Below are positions 40,301-53,373 of a stretch of 64,000 nucleotides of DNA, in pieces. Both the position numbers and the translations under genes were made by a program. A model generated the notes under the pieces. The model made no database searches. It had not been told where the DNA came from and worked only from the letters and a program-made list of their open reading frames with translations. The DNA comes from Novakomyces olei. Its lineage: Eukaryota. The stretch covers positions 1,116,001-1,180,000 of the forward strand of contig JADEYG010000009.1 of the NCBI GenBank assembly GCA_016906335.1. The letters are read 5' to 3'. The number at the start of each line of letters is the position of its first letter. The stretch's first letter is position 1.

Positions 40301-42501
40301 ATGGCGGGAGATGCGGAAGATGTGCTTTTGCATCTCATTCATTCACAGCCAGAGTCGAACAAGTGTGCTGATTGCGGAACTCCTTCTCCTCGATGGGTAT
40401 GCAGCGCCCTTGGCTACTCTTTTTATTTAGATTTGATTTACATCCCTGCTTTTCTTTTTTTCTTTTTTTTTTTTTGGGTTGATCAGTGCTAATATTATTG
40501 CAGGCGAGCTATAATCTGGGTACAGCTTCAATCGTGACTTTGCAGCTAATATAGTCAGGCATTTTCTTGTGCATGCGCTGTGCCAGCATACACCGGAAGC
40601 TTGGAACGTAAGACTAGCACAGAGGAAGCAAGTATCTAATATTGTTCTAGACACGTCTCTAAAGTGAAATCTATATCGTTGGATTACTGGACGGATGATC
40701 AAATAGAGGTAAAGTCTCCACTGTGTTTGGCCTTAAAGTTTATTACTCTGGCCGGCGGGGAGGGGAATTTGTTTGCGCCGGTCGGTTTTTTCATACTCGT
40801 CTCTTCCATTGTAACTTTATGTATTTTAACGTTTAGAACATGAGGTTATGGGGTAATAAACGGGCAAACGATTACTACAATCCGTATCATCGGTCCATAC
40901 CTCTCGGAGCCATGGACGATGAGCGAGTCATGGAAGACTATATTCGAGACAAATATGAGCGCATGTCGTTACAGACGGCTTCACAGCAGCAGCAGCAGCA
41001 GCAACGACGGCGGCCTCCTCCTCCTCCGCCTCCAGCGTCAGTTACGTCTGCACTGCGACCTTCATCATCTTCAGGCTCACGGAACGGATATGAGGAACAG
41101 TTAAAATCGCTGGCAGAGATGGGATTCCACAATGAACTGAAGAACGTGGAAGCGTTACGTGAATCTAATGGAGACGTGAATAAAGCGCTCGAGACTCTTT
41201 TGGAAAAGTCTACGGAAAATTTGTCGTTGGCTTCCAGCTCAGGAAATACACCGCAAAACAGCCGACCACCGTCTGCTCTAAAGCGAAGCAATAACAATAA
41301 CAGTAGCAGGCCGCGTGAAGAAAAGGCAAGGAGACGCGTTCATTTCGAAGACGGAGTCTATGCGGGTGAGGGTACAGATGAAGGAGAGCAGACGCGTGTG
41401 AAATCGCCGACTCTAAATCCGTTTGAGCAAATGATGGCGTTACAGAATAATGCTCCTCAGCAGGTCTACACTGGACCGGAAAACATGTCCATGTTCCCCT
41501 CGACGTTCCAGTCTGCTCCTCTGCTAATGAAACAGCAGCAACAGCAACAGCCACCGATACAAGACCCCGTCTATCAAAATGTAATGCAAAGGTCAAGCAA
41601 CTCTCCGAGCCCAGTCATCGGTGGAGGTGGGTCTCCCAACTTGATGCCCCCGCCTCCGTCTTCCGGGTACATGCAGCCGCAATTGACGGGGATGGGACTG
41701 TCTCAGTTCCAAAAGGGCCCAACAAACCAGTTTGGGGCTGTCACAAATTCGCCTTCGCCTCTTGCTCAACAACCACCGCAGCAATCTACAGGGCTAGACG
41801 GCCAGAATCAACCGGGAGCCTTCAGTGGCCAGTACGGGTCAGCTAGTCCAAACATTATTGGCCCTGGAAGTCCTAACCCTAACCCTAACCCTAACCTTTC
41901 GCCCATGCCTTCGTCTCAGCCGTATGGGTTTGCGACGGGCAACTTGGGCCCGGGATCAGCGCATTTACTGCAGCAACCACAGCACAACTTCTCTCCATCG
42001 CATACACCTCCGGAGCAACAGTCTTCTCCAGCGCCGATGCTTCAGCCTCCATCACAGCCTCCTCAGCAGCAAATGCTTCAGCCTTCATACACAGGCTTGC
42101 CTTCAAATTACAACATGTACAATAATACCCCTCTTCAAGAAATGAACCTCCAAAGGCCTGCACCTCCTTCGGCTGCTGCTCCATATGGGTTTCAGCAGCC
42201 TCCGCAACAGCCGCCTTATATGCAGTTCCAAGAACCTCAACAAACGGGTCAGTTTCCTATGCAGCAGCAGCCTTCCATGTACCCTCAAGCAGCAAATGGA
42301 CCGCCGCCACAAATGCAGCAGCAGGCTACGTTTATGCCGCAGGGACAAGAATACATGGGGCAGCCTTGGAATATGGGGGGTCAGAGCCAGCCGATGATGT
42401 ACGAGCAGCAAATGCCGCCGCAGCAAATGCCGCTACAGTCACAGCAGACAGGTGGGGATTTCCTACGCAAGATTGCTATGGGCAATCAGTATGATAGATG
42501 A
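40301..42501 (+). CDS. GTS1: ArfGAP + UBA + Q/P-rich protein (Gts1-like); exons 40301-40396, 40504-40519, 40559-40607, 40651-40708, 40837-42501
   Basis: CADC..[32 protein letters not shown] reconstructed across four introns; UBA motif LAEMGF...N..AL. Confidence 0.85.
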
Positions 42502-43151
42502 GAGCAGGCGTGTATGTTGTTGTCAATGGGGGTTTTGTACTTTGCTTTGTATTTTATTTCAAATTTTTTGAAAAGATTTTTATACCTTTTATACACTATT
42601 TTCAATAGCAATCTTTGGCTCATTTTTTCCCCCTTTCTTTTGTGTCCTATTTGTCCGAGTTTCTAAACTTTTACTTCCCACTACATGCTTACTAGGCCAT
42701 TCTGCTATTGATGTTCCTTCCTAATAAAATTTTTCTTATGTTTATTTTTTTACTTTTCTATTTTCTTGGTGTCACTTGATTTATGGCCTTCCATAGAGAT
42801 GGTTATTCGGTCAAAAAATAAAATAAAATGTCACGCCGTCATGTACATACCTAGAGGGACAGAGTATAACGACTACATTAAATAAATCCGGAAATAATAC
42901 TTTCTCATTTTCCAAACAAAGGTCCAGTCTATAGGGTAAACGACGTACAAACGATACTTTGCATTCCACAATAACGTGCAAGCCTCTATCGCCGTTGTAC
43001 TAACAAAATCTTTTAAATATAATTTATTAGTGCATAAAAAGTATGATTCTTCTAAACTCTCATATAAACACGCGTACTCATTTATTCATAATGCCCTAAT
43101 AAAATAGGCTGATAGCCAAACACACCAAACCCGTTGTACGGTCTTTCTCTT

Positions 43152-44261
43152 CTACTCTTCAACAGGCCTTCCCGTCTTTGCTGAGATGGGGCGCTCAGCC
43201 TGAGAAGTAAGACGAGCGCCGTGCCGAGTCTCAGCGCCATCAAAGTCGCTGATGGCGGTATGCAGAGTAACACGGTTGTCCCAGACAACTACAGTGTTTG
43301 GTTGCCAGCGAGCACGAATATGAAGATCTGCACAGTTCTTGATATGGTCAGACAAGAAACGAAGGATCACTTCAGACTCCTCATGTTTGAGGCCCACGAT
43401 AGAGCGAGTAAACTGATCATTCACATATAACGCTTTCTCGCCAGTAACGGGATGTCGGCGGACGACTGGGTGGCGTGATACAATGGCCTCACGACGGATA
43501 TGAGCGCCTCGGCGCCGTGCAATATCGACCTGCTCCATACCCGAGTGTACAGCCTCAAGGCCTTCCAAAAATTCTTGCATTGGCTTAGACAGCCGGTTGA
43601 ATGCAGTAACGGTATCAGCATACAATGTGTCTCCGCCAGACTCTGGGGTCTCCATGAGCCACAGGAAAGTTACGCCAGGAGGCTGGCGCTCATACGAGAC
43701 ATCAGAGTGCCAGGAGACGGCAGATGTATGGGAATTGAAAAGACCTTCGTTCACGCCTTCCTCACGTGCCAAATGAACAACGTGCATTTCCGGAGTATCC
43801 GCAGCTGTTCCGGACGAGTGATGAATGTGCAAGCGTCCAAAACGCTTTGCTAAATCAATCTGCGGTTGTTTGCCAATATCCTGGAAATCCTGGTCACGGA
43901 ACACAACAACTTTGCGCTCTGCTACCAAAAGAGCCAGTTCATCCAGCTCCTTGGGAGTAAGTTTGCTAAGCTGCTTATCAAAGATTTCCGTTCCGGCCTT
44001 TGGAGTGATTTTGCTGGTTCTAGCGCCATTTAGCAGTGCGGCCTTGGCCGGGTCTGCACGTAGCCCGGCATCGACGAAATCAAAATCTTCCAGCGGAGGA
44101 TAAACTAACGACTTGTCCCATGTCGGCAGATAATTCGGGTACCGGGATGTAGCTTTAAGCGATGTGATGTCTTTAAAAGACGTAGCCTGGCCTTCCTTGA
44201 AGTTTGTGGTATTTGCAGGGCGCTCGTTTGCGCGTGACTGAACCTGTACTGACGGAGCCAT
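43152..44261 (-). CDS. JLP1: TauD/Jlp1 alpha-ketoglutarate-dependent sulfonate dioxygenase
   Basis: WHSDVSYE (HxD), GGDTLY, HPVVRRHPVTG, WDNR..LH and RHGAR motifs; likely start MAPSV at 44261. Confidence 0.9.
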   Translation of the reverse strand: MAPSVQVQSRANERPANTTNFKEGQATSFKDITSLKATSRYPNYLPTWDKSLVYPPLEDFDFVDAGLRADPAKAALLNGARTSKITPKAGTEIFDKQLSKLTPKELDELALLVAERKVVVFRDQDFQDIGKQPQIDLAKRFGRLHIHHSSGTAADTPEMHVVHLAREEGVNEGLFNSHTSAVSWHSDVSYERQPPGVTFLWLMETPESGGDTLYADTVTAFNRLSKPMQEFLEGLEAVHSGMEQVDIARRRGAHIRREAIVSRHPVVRRHPVTGEKALYVNDQFTRSIVGLKHEESEVILRFLSDHIKNCADLHIRARWQPNTVVVWDNRVTLHTAISDFDGAETRHGARLTSQAERPISAKTGRPVEE

Positions 44262-44864
44262 ATTTGTTGAACACTTGTGGACGTTGATTGAGTTAATCGC
44301 AGTGCGAGCGCTTACTATATGTACCTGTCCTCCCTTGTTGTGTTCGCAATCGCACGCAATCTCGAGATAATCACGCACCATATCCGCCAGCGCGTTTAAG
44401 TAACGTGTTTTTCATGCTGTCACGTTATCAGACTACTAGATGTGTATATATATCAACAAGAGATAAGGATCAAGTAATAGCGCGGGTAATTAAACGTTCA
44501 TTTTAAACTCGTATTATCAATAGCGTTGTATTATTGCGCCTTATCGATAATTTTAGGCGTGCGCACATATTAAAAATGGCAGCGTTCCGTATTACTTGAG
44601 TATGCGCAAGTATGTACAAGCATGGAAGTCGAATTCCGAGTGAACTGCTGCTGCTAAGCCTAAAATCCCTTCCAACTAAATCCGTAATGTTTAAAAATAC
44701 CCATTAACTTACTTTGAGACCAGAGGATCTCCTCAATGGCGGCAGCTCTCTTCTCCCCAGATTTTATTATGTCATGACGCCGTAATAAGATTAACTAAAT
44801 AATAAGAAATAGTAGTATTCTCCCAACAAAAGAACCTTGGGCATCTATCATACTTGACCTAGAT

Positions 44865-45146
44865 ATGAGATTGGTGCAGACGACAAACAAGCCTATCCTG
44901 AGATGCTTTGCAATTACGCGGCGGCTAAGCCTTTCATCGCGTACAAGGGCAGACGAAAAGCCAAGACCGGCGCCTGATAAGCTTCAAGAATCGCGTTCTA
45001 GCAAATCAAATCATTTTAAGGACCGCAGCCACTCAGCGCCAACACATGGGACAGAACAGAATACAGACCCGAAAGCTGTTGGCGGAACCAGTAGTTCCGA
45101 GGAGGACAAAGATCAAAAAGTAGACAAGAAGTTTTGGTCATCCTAG
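44865..45146 (+). CDS. small hypothetical protein with a mitochondrial-presequence-like N-terminus
   Basis: 93-aa ATG ORF; first ~27 residues are Arg/Ser/Leu-rich and lack acidic residues. Confidence 0.45.
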   Translation: MRLVQTTNKPILRCFAITRRLSLSSRTRADEKPRPAPDKLQESRSSKSNHFKDRSHSAPTHGTEQNTDPKAVGGTSSSEEDKDQKVDKKFWSS

Positions 45147-45635
45147 GATTTTTCTTGTGCAGATTGTTTCGCGGTGGGTTAATTTTATGAGGGTTTTATG
45201 TTAAAGATTTACAATGAAAACTCAAACATGCGCGGGTGTATAGTATTCCAAATACTCGGGTTCATCTATACAATAAGTCGAACCGCGTTGTCTGAATTTA
45301 GTGTAGCATAGCAACTTTAAGGAGTGGGCTGAAATGAAGGAGCATTTATTTAGACCAGTGTATCCCCTTCTGTTGAAATAACCAAAACCTGGCCCTTAAA
45401 TTACGGACAAAACTGCCTCACCATTATACACTAGGATCAAATCCCATACAGTATTCATATTTTTAGACTCAAATCGTCTATGTTCGACATAATTATTGCT
45501 TATCAGTCGAGTAAGGGTATTTTGTCGATCAACGGCGACAGCTGAAATGTGGAGAAGCCCTTAATTAGTGAAGAGAACGCCATTTTATAGGAGAGAAGAC
45601 AAAAGTTGAGAAAGAGAGAGAACGCGGCGGAACGC

Positions 45636-46217
45636 ATGGAAGATTTGGGCCTGCAAAGCCATGATTCAAAAGTAGCAACAAATGGAAATCATAAACGAGC
45701 AGAGTCCTTTGGCACTTTTGGTCGAAGTGGACTATTTTTACCCCCGTTGCCACCTCATCAGAGCTCTCAGCAGCGAGCTCAAATAACAGCAGGAGCTTTC
45801 AGTCTATTTTACAATGCACACGCTGTAAAAGAATTCGGCAGAGGGACAGAAAGTGCCATAGAAGACGACGACACTGAAGAGATAGGGGCTACAACTAGTC
45901 AGGGTTTAAGACGACCTAGTCGGTCTATGAGCTTGTCATCTAAATTGCCGGATAGTTTCATGGGGTCACCGAGCGCAACAAATGCGCAAGATCTTCGTAG
46001 ACTATCACATAACAACGAACGTGCATTATTTTGGTTAAAAAGCCGCCGTCGAAACTCAATGCCGGTGGCCATGGACGCCTCAAAGCATTGTGATGAACGA
46101 GTAATCGCTTCTGTGCAAGGCAAACCGAAATTGACCGAAAGCGCAACTAAACGAGTTGTGCCAGCTCAGGATCCGGAGTGCGAGCGAATGCTGCAAGGCC
46201 AGCTTATGCTGGACTGA
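45636..46217 (+). CDS. hypothetical disordered protein with RRxS sites
   Basis: ATG ORF with RRPS, RRLS and RRNS PKA-like sites; C-terminal DPECERMLQGQLMLD. Confidence 0.6.
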   Translation: MEDLGLQSHDSKVATNGNHKRAESFGTFGRSGLFLPPLPPHQSSQQRAQITAGAFSLFYNAHAVKEFGRGTESAIEDDDTEEIGATTSQGLRRPSRSMSLSSKLPDSFMGSPSATNAQDLRRLSHNNERALFWLKSRRRNSMPVAMDASKHCDERVIASVQGKPKLTESATKRVVPAQDPECERMLQGQLMLD

Positions 46218-46898
46218 TTTTTCAATGATTTTTCACCTTTCTTACGAGACAGTTCATGCCATATTGATGATCTTGAGGTTCTATGTTTAAATATTATGTA
46301 TTGCTTTGATTGTGTTCATTATGCTGCGTTTCTGTAAACATCTAAATAGTCATAAATGTACTCGCTCAAGTCGACTCCTGGTCCCAATAACCTAACTAAA
46401 TAGGCGCCCAAGACAGGATTCCTATCACGAGACAATGCTCTAGAAGGCGCAATCTTTTAGTCCGTAGACTAGTAAGACTGGCAACACAATGCGTATAGCG
46501 AAACACAATGGTCGTGGCTGCCTCCTTGAAAAATTTTTGATCACTTTACAAAATGCCAGCTTGGCCTTATTTATAATTAATGTACATAGAAAACCCTGAC
46601 AAACTTTTGTTCGTTTATATGGTAAACGTCACTAGTCTCGAGCCCATTTTGAAGGCACGCTATAAATCGACGGTGAAGCGCTCATAAGGGATAATATAAA
46701 CACATCCTTGAACGAACTTGCAATTGCCGAAAATTAAAGCCAAAAAGACAGCGCCCTCCATTTGAGGCATCCACTCGTTAAACTACACATCTTCGAGCCA
46801 TTGTTTCTACCACTACATCAAAACAAATACTCTAAAAGCCTCTCCTCGATACTTATAAAATAAATTCGACTATTTACCTATGATCCAATTTCAACAAA

Positions 46899-49800
46899 TT
46901 AAAACGTCTCATGAAAGACAGCAGTATGCTCGTTGCGACTTGGTTCCGGCTTAGACTCATTCGTCAGACTCTCCTCCGATACTTTTTGAGCTGCACTGTC
47001 TGTCACAGGCTGAGCCTCCGACGAAGCTGGTAATTCCGACATCTTGTTTGCTGTCTCGTCGATTCCGGGTTTCGGCTCACCCGATGTCTCCGCCTCAAGG
47101 TGCAGTTGACCCTCCGTGTTTTCTGCAATATTACGCGAGATCTCATCGTCTTTCTTATCTTCTGTGGGGATTCCAAGAGTCTCGTATATCGGAGCTGATC
47201 CTGCGGCTTGCTTGGTGCTGGGCTCTGGATCATTTTTTTGCGTCAAACCTCCAGTACCAGAGTCCAGATTATCATCCTTATCTTCGTTGCTTAACAGCTT
47301 GGACGCTGAAATCCTTTCAGGAGCCAGATTAATAATGTTAAGCGCGTTGAATGGCTTCAATGTGCTCTCACTTGCCGGCTCGGAAGAGGTCCCAGGTACT
47401 GGTTCTTCAGGTTCTTGTCTTTCTCCAGTTGCGCTTACAGAATCAATAGATTTTCTAATTTGCTCTGTTGGCGCTGCAGGTTGGGTAGCGGCCTTTACGT
47501 CATCCTTCGCAGAGCTTTCCCCTGGCATGTCCTTGCTAGACTGCACTGGCTTGCTCACAGATTTTGCAGGATCTGGTTTGCTCTTCCCGATAGAAAATGG
47601 TTTCTTTAGCCAAGCGAAGGAATTCCTTTTCGAGCCTTTAGATTTCTGAGGCGAAACATTACTTCCTGACGTAGTGTTTTGCGTCTTAGTCTGAGAAACA
47701 CTAGCCATTGGCCCAGGCTCTCGTTCAGCGTTCCTTAGTGGACTCTCAGCATCTCCAGTTAGCGGTTGTGACGCAGCAGGTAAACCACTAGATCTCGTAG
47801 TGTAATCTGCAGATGCGACATGATCAACTGGCTCTGGGGCATCCAAAGTTTCATGTTCAGAGGCCTCATCACCAGCGGGAGACTGACCTGCCCCCTGCTC
47901 CGAGGGGGAAGATATAACGGATGTACTTGACGATTCTGTGTCATTCCCAGTTTCATTGTGAGCAAGGCCAGTTGAAAGTGAAGTAGAAGTTTCATGGGAC
48001 TGACGGATTTCATTGGGAGAGCTTTCCACATTCTCTGAAGCTCCTGGCGTTGGTGATGAATGTCCTTCATTCACATGTGATTCTTCAATGCTTGCTTTGT
48101 TAACTGAAGGCTTAATTTCTTCACCAGGAAATTTCATTTTAGAACCTGAAGCGAAGACTCCAGAAAGCCCAGCAAACAGAGCCGGAGCTTTGAGCCCACT
48201 TCGTTCGCGATCAGGTTGATCATCTCTTTCGACTGCTTCTTTCTCCATTTCACGAGCACGGCGGGCCCTCTCCTTCTCATCCTGTTCAAGTGCACTTCTC
48301 TTTGCCCTTTCTCTTTGTTTAGCTGCCTTTTCCTCATCCTTTTTTGCCTTCTTTTCTGCTTTCGCCTTATCCTTCTCTGCCTTTTCCGCCATTTTCAAGC
48401 GCCGTTCCTCATCATATTTGCGATTTTTCTCTGCCTCAACAGCCTGATGTTCCAATCGAGCAGCCTCACGGTCCTGGGCTTTACGGCGACGCTCATCTTC
48501 TTTTCGTTCCGCTTCATGTATTTTGTCTTGTTCTTTGCGTCGGCGCTCGTCCTCTTTCTCTATGGCTTCCTGCTCTCTCCTCCGGCGTTCGTCATCGGCT
48601 TGGGCAGCAATCTCATCCAAAACAGGCTGTACATGGTCTCCTGCGATCCTTTCTACTTCTTCCATAGATATGTACCGACCAGGTCCAAGTTTAATACTAC
48701 CAGTCGCTTTCTCTTCGCGCTTATCACGTGCGTTCTCAGCGGCAATGTTGAGCTCGAAATCAGAGTATTTATATTGATTTTTCCGCTTAATGTTTGCACC
48801 AATCAAGTTCAATTCTCTCTCCATATTTTTTTGTGCTTGAAGCATGAGTTTGCTAGTCTCACTTCCAGGAAGCTTCTGAATGAATGCATTCATTTCGGCC
48901 TCGATCTTGGCTCGCTTCTCTGCCTCTAAACGCAATCTTTCGCTGTCAGACAAAGCCCTTGTAGAGCCACGACGAAATGCGGCACCAGCACCGTTAGTAG
49001 TCATATGAGGATTTGAAGGACTTTTTTGGAGATGAGATGTAGATTTTGCCAATGATTTGAGGGCCGCACGCTCCAAGTCGATCGGCGATACAGAAGTGGT
49101 CCCAGGAATGCCACTAGAGGTTGTTGAGCTTGCTCTTCGACGACCAGACTGGCTTTGTCTAGCGGCAGAAGTAGAAGCCGCAAGGGGTCCAGCGCTCAAG
49201 CTTTTTATAGAAGCTGCTCGGGCTAGATCAGAATGATCCTGTCTAGCCTTATCCATGCTAAGTAAAGCGGCCCGTAATGTTTCCGGTTTAGTTTCGGTCT
49301 TCGGGTAGTCGTACAAACTGTACCGTGTAGCAGATTTTACAATCTCATCATCCTGTGGATCCATTTTTGCGTATTCGCGCATCTGGCGTAGATCAATGTC
49401 AGTCTGGCGTCTTGCGGCTTTGATCAAATCAGAATTTGAGCGCTCGCGGTGTGCAGTTGGCGGCTTCGTTGAGACCATAGTTGCTGCACGGAGTGCACCC
49501 AACTCCCGCGTATTTCCACTACCGTGCAGTGTATTAGCTCGAATTTGAGGACTGGGTTCCTGCTTAGCAGCAATTGATGCCGCGGTCAATGAGCGACTAA
49601 GAACGTTGCTCTCCTTCTTGGGCTCTGCTGCCGGTTTTGAGATACTGGACCGATGGTATCCAGCGCTAGCTGCCACTCCTAATGATACCAGTTAGAGCTT
49701 ATTCACAAAGGCCATCCGCATCTTCCAGCTTGTTGGAGTAATGAATTTAATTTGCAAAACTTACCGGCAGATTCGCTTCTTTCAGGCTTCCAGGCATCTG

Positions 49801-50142
49801 GTGCTTTTACTTCCTTTGCAATAGCCGCCGCACTCGCTAAAAGGAGAAAGTTATTAGGAATTAATTGAACAACGCAAATATTAAGAGACTCGTACCTGAA
49901 TGTGCGCTAGTGCGAATTTTAGGAACATTGTAAGATTTAGTGTCTCGATGAGCTTGCATAGCTGCAGAGCCGGCACCTGCAGCATCCGGAATAGATACTC
50001 GCTCCGGCTCAAACTTCCCAGATTCCTCTGAAGCCGCCGCAGCCGCTGAAGAAAGGGGGTTGTTGGTTTCAATAGCAGGTCCAAACCTTTTAAAAAGGGC
50101 AGCATCAGCGGCTTGGCTGTTCATTTCAGCCTCGGTCGCCAT
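46899..50142 (-). CDS. EIS1: eisosome protein 1-like coiled-coil protein, two short 5' introns
   Basis: IKLGPGRYISMEEVERIA..HVQPVLDEI motif followed by a charged coiled coil and a C-terminal F.E.F; splice sites near 49894/49838 and 49763/49679. Confidence 0.6.
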
Positions 50143-53100
50143 AGCTACTACGTTTTGTACCCCAGATCTACCTACAAACAGGTTTGCTCGCTCAAAGGCG
50201 TAGCTTGATAAATGGTTGCTCTGTTTGACTTGCAGGTGGTGAGGTATAGCGCGAACGAAGCTCTGAGCGTTGAAGCCACCTCAAAGCCTGCACTGCTGTA
50301 AAGAGCCGCTAAGATTCTTTTTGCAAGATTATCTCTAAATGCGGATCCGTGCCAGCTGTTTTGTATTGTGCTCGCTATATAAATGTACCGCATCCTTTCC
50401 TACCACCTTCCGGATTCGATCAGCCTAGCAACGCCGTACACAATATGATGTCATAAGCTTTATTTTCGCTATATTTATTACCTACAAAGTTAGTACAATA
50501 ATGTACACTAAGCACGATTTGCGACACACGATTATTATTCCTCAAGAAAACATAGGTTTGGGACGAAATAATCACTTTAAAAAGGTTGGTTCCTAAGTAA
50601 TAGGTTCTATCCTGAAATTTCAGTGTGCACAGCGATATAATAATTTTAAATAATTCAAGTTTCAGAATAAACATAGTCGTGCCTGCCTGCAGCTGAAGAA
50701 TCGCTCCTCACTTTGATGGCATAGACTACGCAGCATTGGCTTTAGGTACTGTTGAAATGGCATAGTGTCAGTGTAAAAGTTCTGGACCAGCTGTGTTCTT
50801 GAGTTCGCTGAAATGTCTGTCGCGAACCGGTGCAACTATGAGCCTTTGTGGTCCTGAAGGCCGATTACTAGAAGCAGCGCATGGGCGTATGAATGACAGC
50901 ACATATTGCATTATAATAGATATGGAGGTCAAACATAATCAGTCAATCCACTATGAGATGTTGCTTGGTTGGAAAACAAGGAGTATTTTCTCTTATTTTC
51001 TCGCACGGGTACGAGTATAGCTGTGCCACCGGCTGGGAATAGCCAGTACCCAATTGATGAGCCTCGGCGTTAGAGGAAATCAACTTACTAAACGCTAATG
51101 AAAATTGCTTTTGTAGGTACACACTCCATTAGCACGGCAGACTGTGCATTCATTGATAGATCGAACCCAAAACCTGCCAGAGACTGTGCATTTGGACGAA
51201 TTGCAACAATTACTATCTCACACAGATTACCTTTTAATTTTCTTTTCCCTTTTTCAACCCAAAGTGTCATTGATTAAACGAATTGCGTATATTACTATAG
51301 ACTGAGAAAAAACTGCTTTATCTTCGTTTTGGCAAACTTCGATAAACAAACCTCAATAGAGTCATGTTTCGTGCTACACTAATTTTATTATACAATCCTA
51401 TGAGATTAAATTGTCCGTATTTATTTAGCTATTCATGAACAAGACTTGGGTAGCAATGACGTGACGTGTACGGATCCATATCTCCAGGATGCGTCGACCA
51501 CTTAATCCAAGTTGTTTCCTTTAAATGTCAATAATTTGTATTTTTAAGTATCGCTTAACCCTAACCCTGTCCCTCATTTACTCTAAATACACATGACTGT
51601 TTATAGACTGAGGAGCTCTAACACCAGAAGCAAGATTGCCAACGGACTTCTTTTGAAAGCTCGTCCAATATATGGAGCATGAAATAGATAAATTTGGCAA
51701 ATATTTTAAACAATTTCATAGTCTTGGATTTTGTGCTAAGATTGAAACATGCTTTTCGTATACCCTGCCTCTAAAATTTTTTTATTGATCAAAATTCTGT
51801 TTTATTAAAAATAATCTTAGACATCTTTTTCGGTGATTGAAAAAATAAAGAGTTCTGATCACAATTACTGACAAATATAAATATTCTACCAATCGTATCC
51901 TGATTTTTAAACATGCAGAAACAAATTAAGTCAGTTGTTTATTAAGACAAAGCTTACTTCAAAATGAGATAGCTAGCTCATCAAGTCTAAACAACGAGGT
52001 GCTATATTGGTGTAATAAGTATTCGCGTAGAATCGCGCAGTTTTTTCATCCTCCTTTGGAAACTTGTAAAAGTTTTAAAAATTGTATTTGGTCATGTTTC
52101 CAGACATAGCAATTCAGTGCTTTAACAAAGATCAATTTTTTCAGACGTGTGGAGTGATAATGAAACAAAACATACCATAGCCCTTGTTTTAGTCCGATTT
52201 GCCTTGGCTGATACAAGAGTATTGCAGAATACCAAAGCGGATCCCATGAACACGCAGCACCTACATTGTCTAAATTAGAGGCATATGTTGCTTTTATTTA
52301 AAAATTCATAACAATTAGCAATTCTCTAGAAATAAATGCCTAATTATATAGAACATTCGACCGCACAGCACAGCAACATGCTTTAAATTTGTTCTGAAAG
52401 AAATTTCGATGTAATTTAAATTTAAGTAAATCGAGTAGACAAACTCTTAGACCATATTCTATCGCTCTGAAACGATAATCGATTAATTAATGAAGTCGAT
52501 TGACAGAGCATTTTTAATTTCGCTGAGTTTTACGGGGATTTAAGCTTGGCTGCAAAAGGAGGAAAGAGAGCTTTCTCAAGAAAGATATTGTTTGAGGCTC
52601 AAAGGCCAAAATAAACTGAGCATTAAGTATTTTGGTAGTAGAAAATTAAAATTGTCTGTTTTGCTGAAATAAATAATAAGCTTCAAGGGCTCTTTCCACT
52701 TGAAATGGTGGGACTTCATTGATGTTTAGTAAAACCTAAGCTTCAATACTGATTATAAAGGTTCTGCAGCTTGGCGTGATATTGTAGAGCATTCCATTAA
52801 CTCAAACTTGTTTTAATTCAAATTGATTTCTTTAACGGAGGTAAAATACTTAAAAGAAATATATATAAGGACCAACGAAAAGCTAACGACAAACATTATA
52901 AAAATCATATTCCAGACACAGGTGAAAAGAAGAACCACTACTGTCCGTTTTGCTTTTGTTGGGACATGGGGCCTAGGATTTTGGTATAACAAGGGGCAGC
53001 AACATAGAAGCTCAATCAACACATAGCAGCTTAACGATGAGACTTAAAAAACTATAATAACAGTAATATGGTAAGAGCTTCAACACAATTAATCATCAAC

Positions 53101-53263
53101 ATTGTTTTTAAATAATCTTGAGACTAGTTGTTCACAATGAGGGTGTATGTCTTTAATGGAAATGAGTATCTCTACTCATTTAACCACCATAAAGATTGGT
53201 TTAATGATTTAGCTAATAAACCTTATTGCCAATCGTACTCGTCTTTTTAAAATTGGTAAGTTG

Positions 53264-53373
53264 TGTAGAAATTTAATTTGGCTTGTTGTAGAGAATAGTG
53301 TTGTATCTCCTTTTAGCTGTAGCCAGCCTTCCTGTTCTTTTTCTGTGACGTCCAAGCTTGACATATTCCTATA
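53264..53373 (-). mobile_element. internally deleted solo LTR (110 bp), family A, TSD AGTTG
   Basis: Reverse complement of both ends of the 53803-54208 LTR; AGTTG at 53259-53263 and 53374-53378. Confidence 0.9.

Noticed and set aside
41872-41896. Telomere-like (CCCTAA)n inside GTS1, also at ~39288
   Set aside because: Only 2-4 units, and in GTS1 it encodes PNPNPN in frame; not evidence of a telomere.
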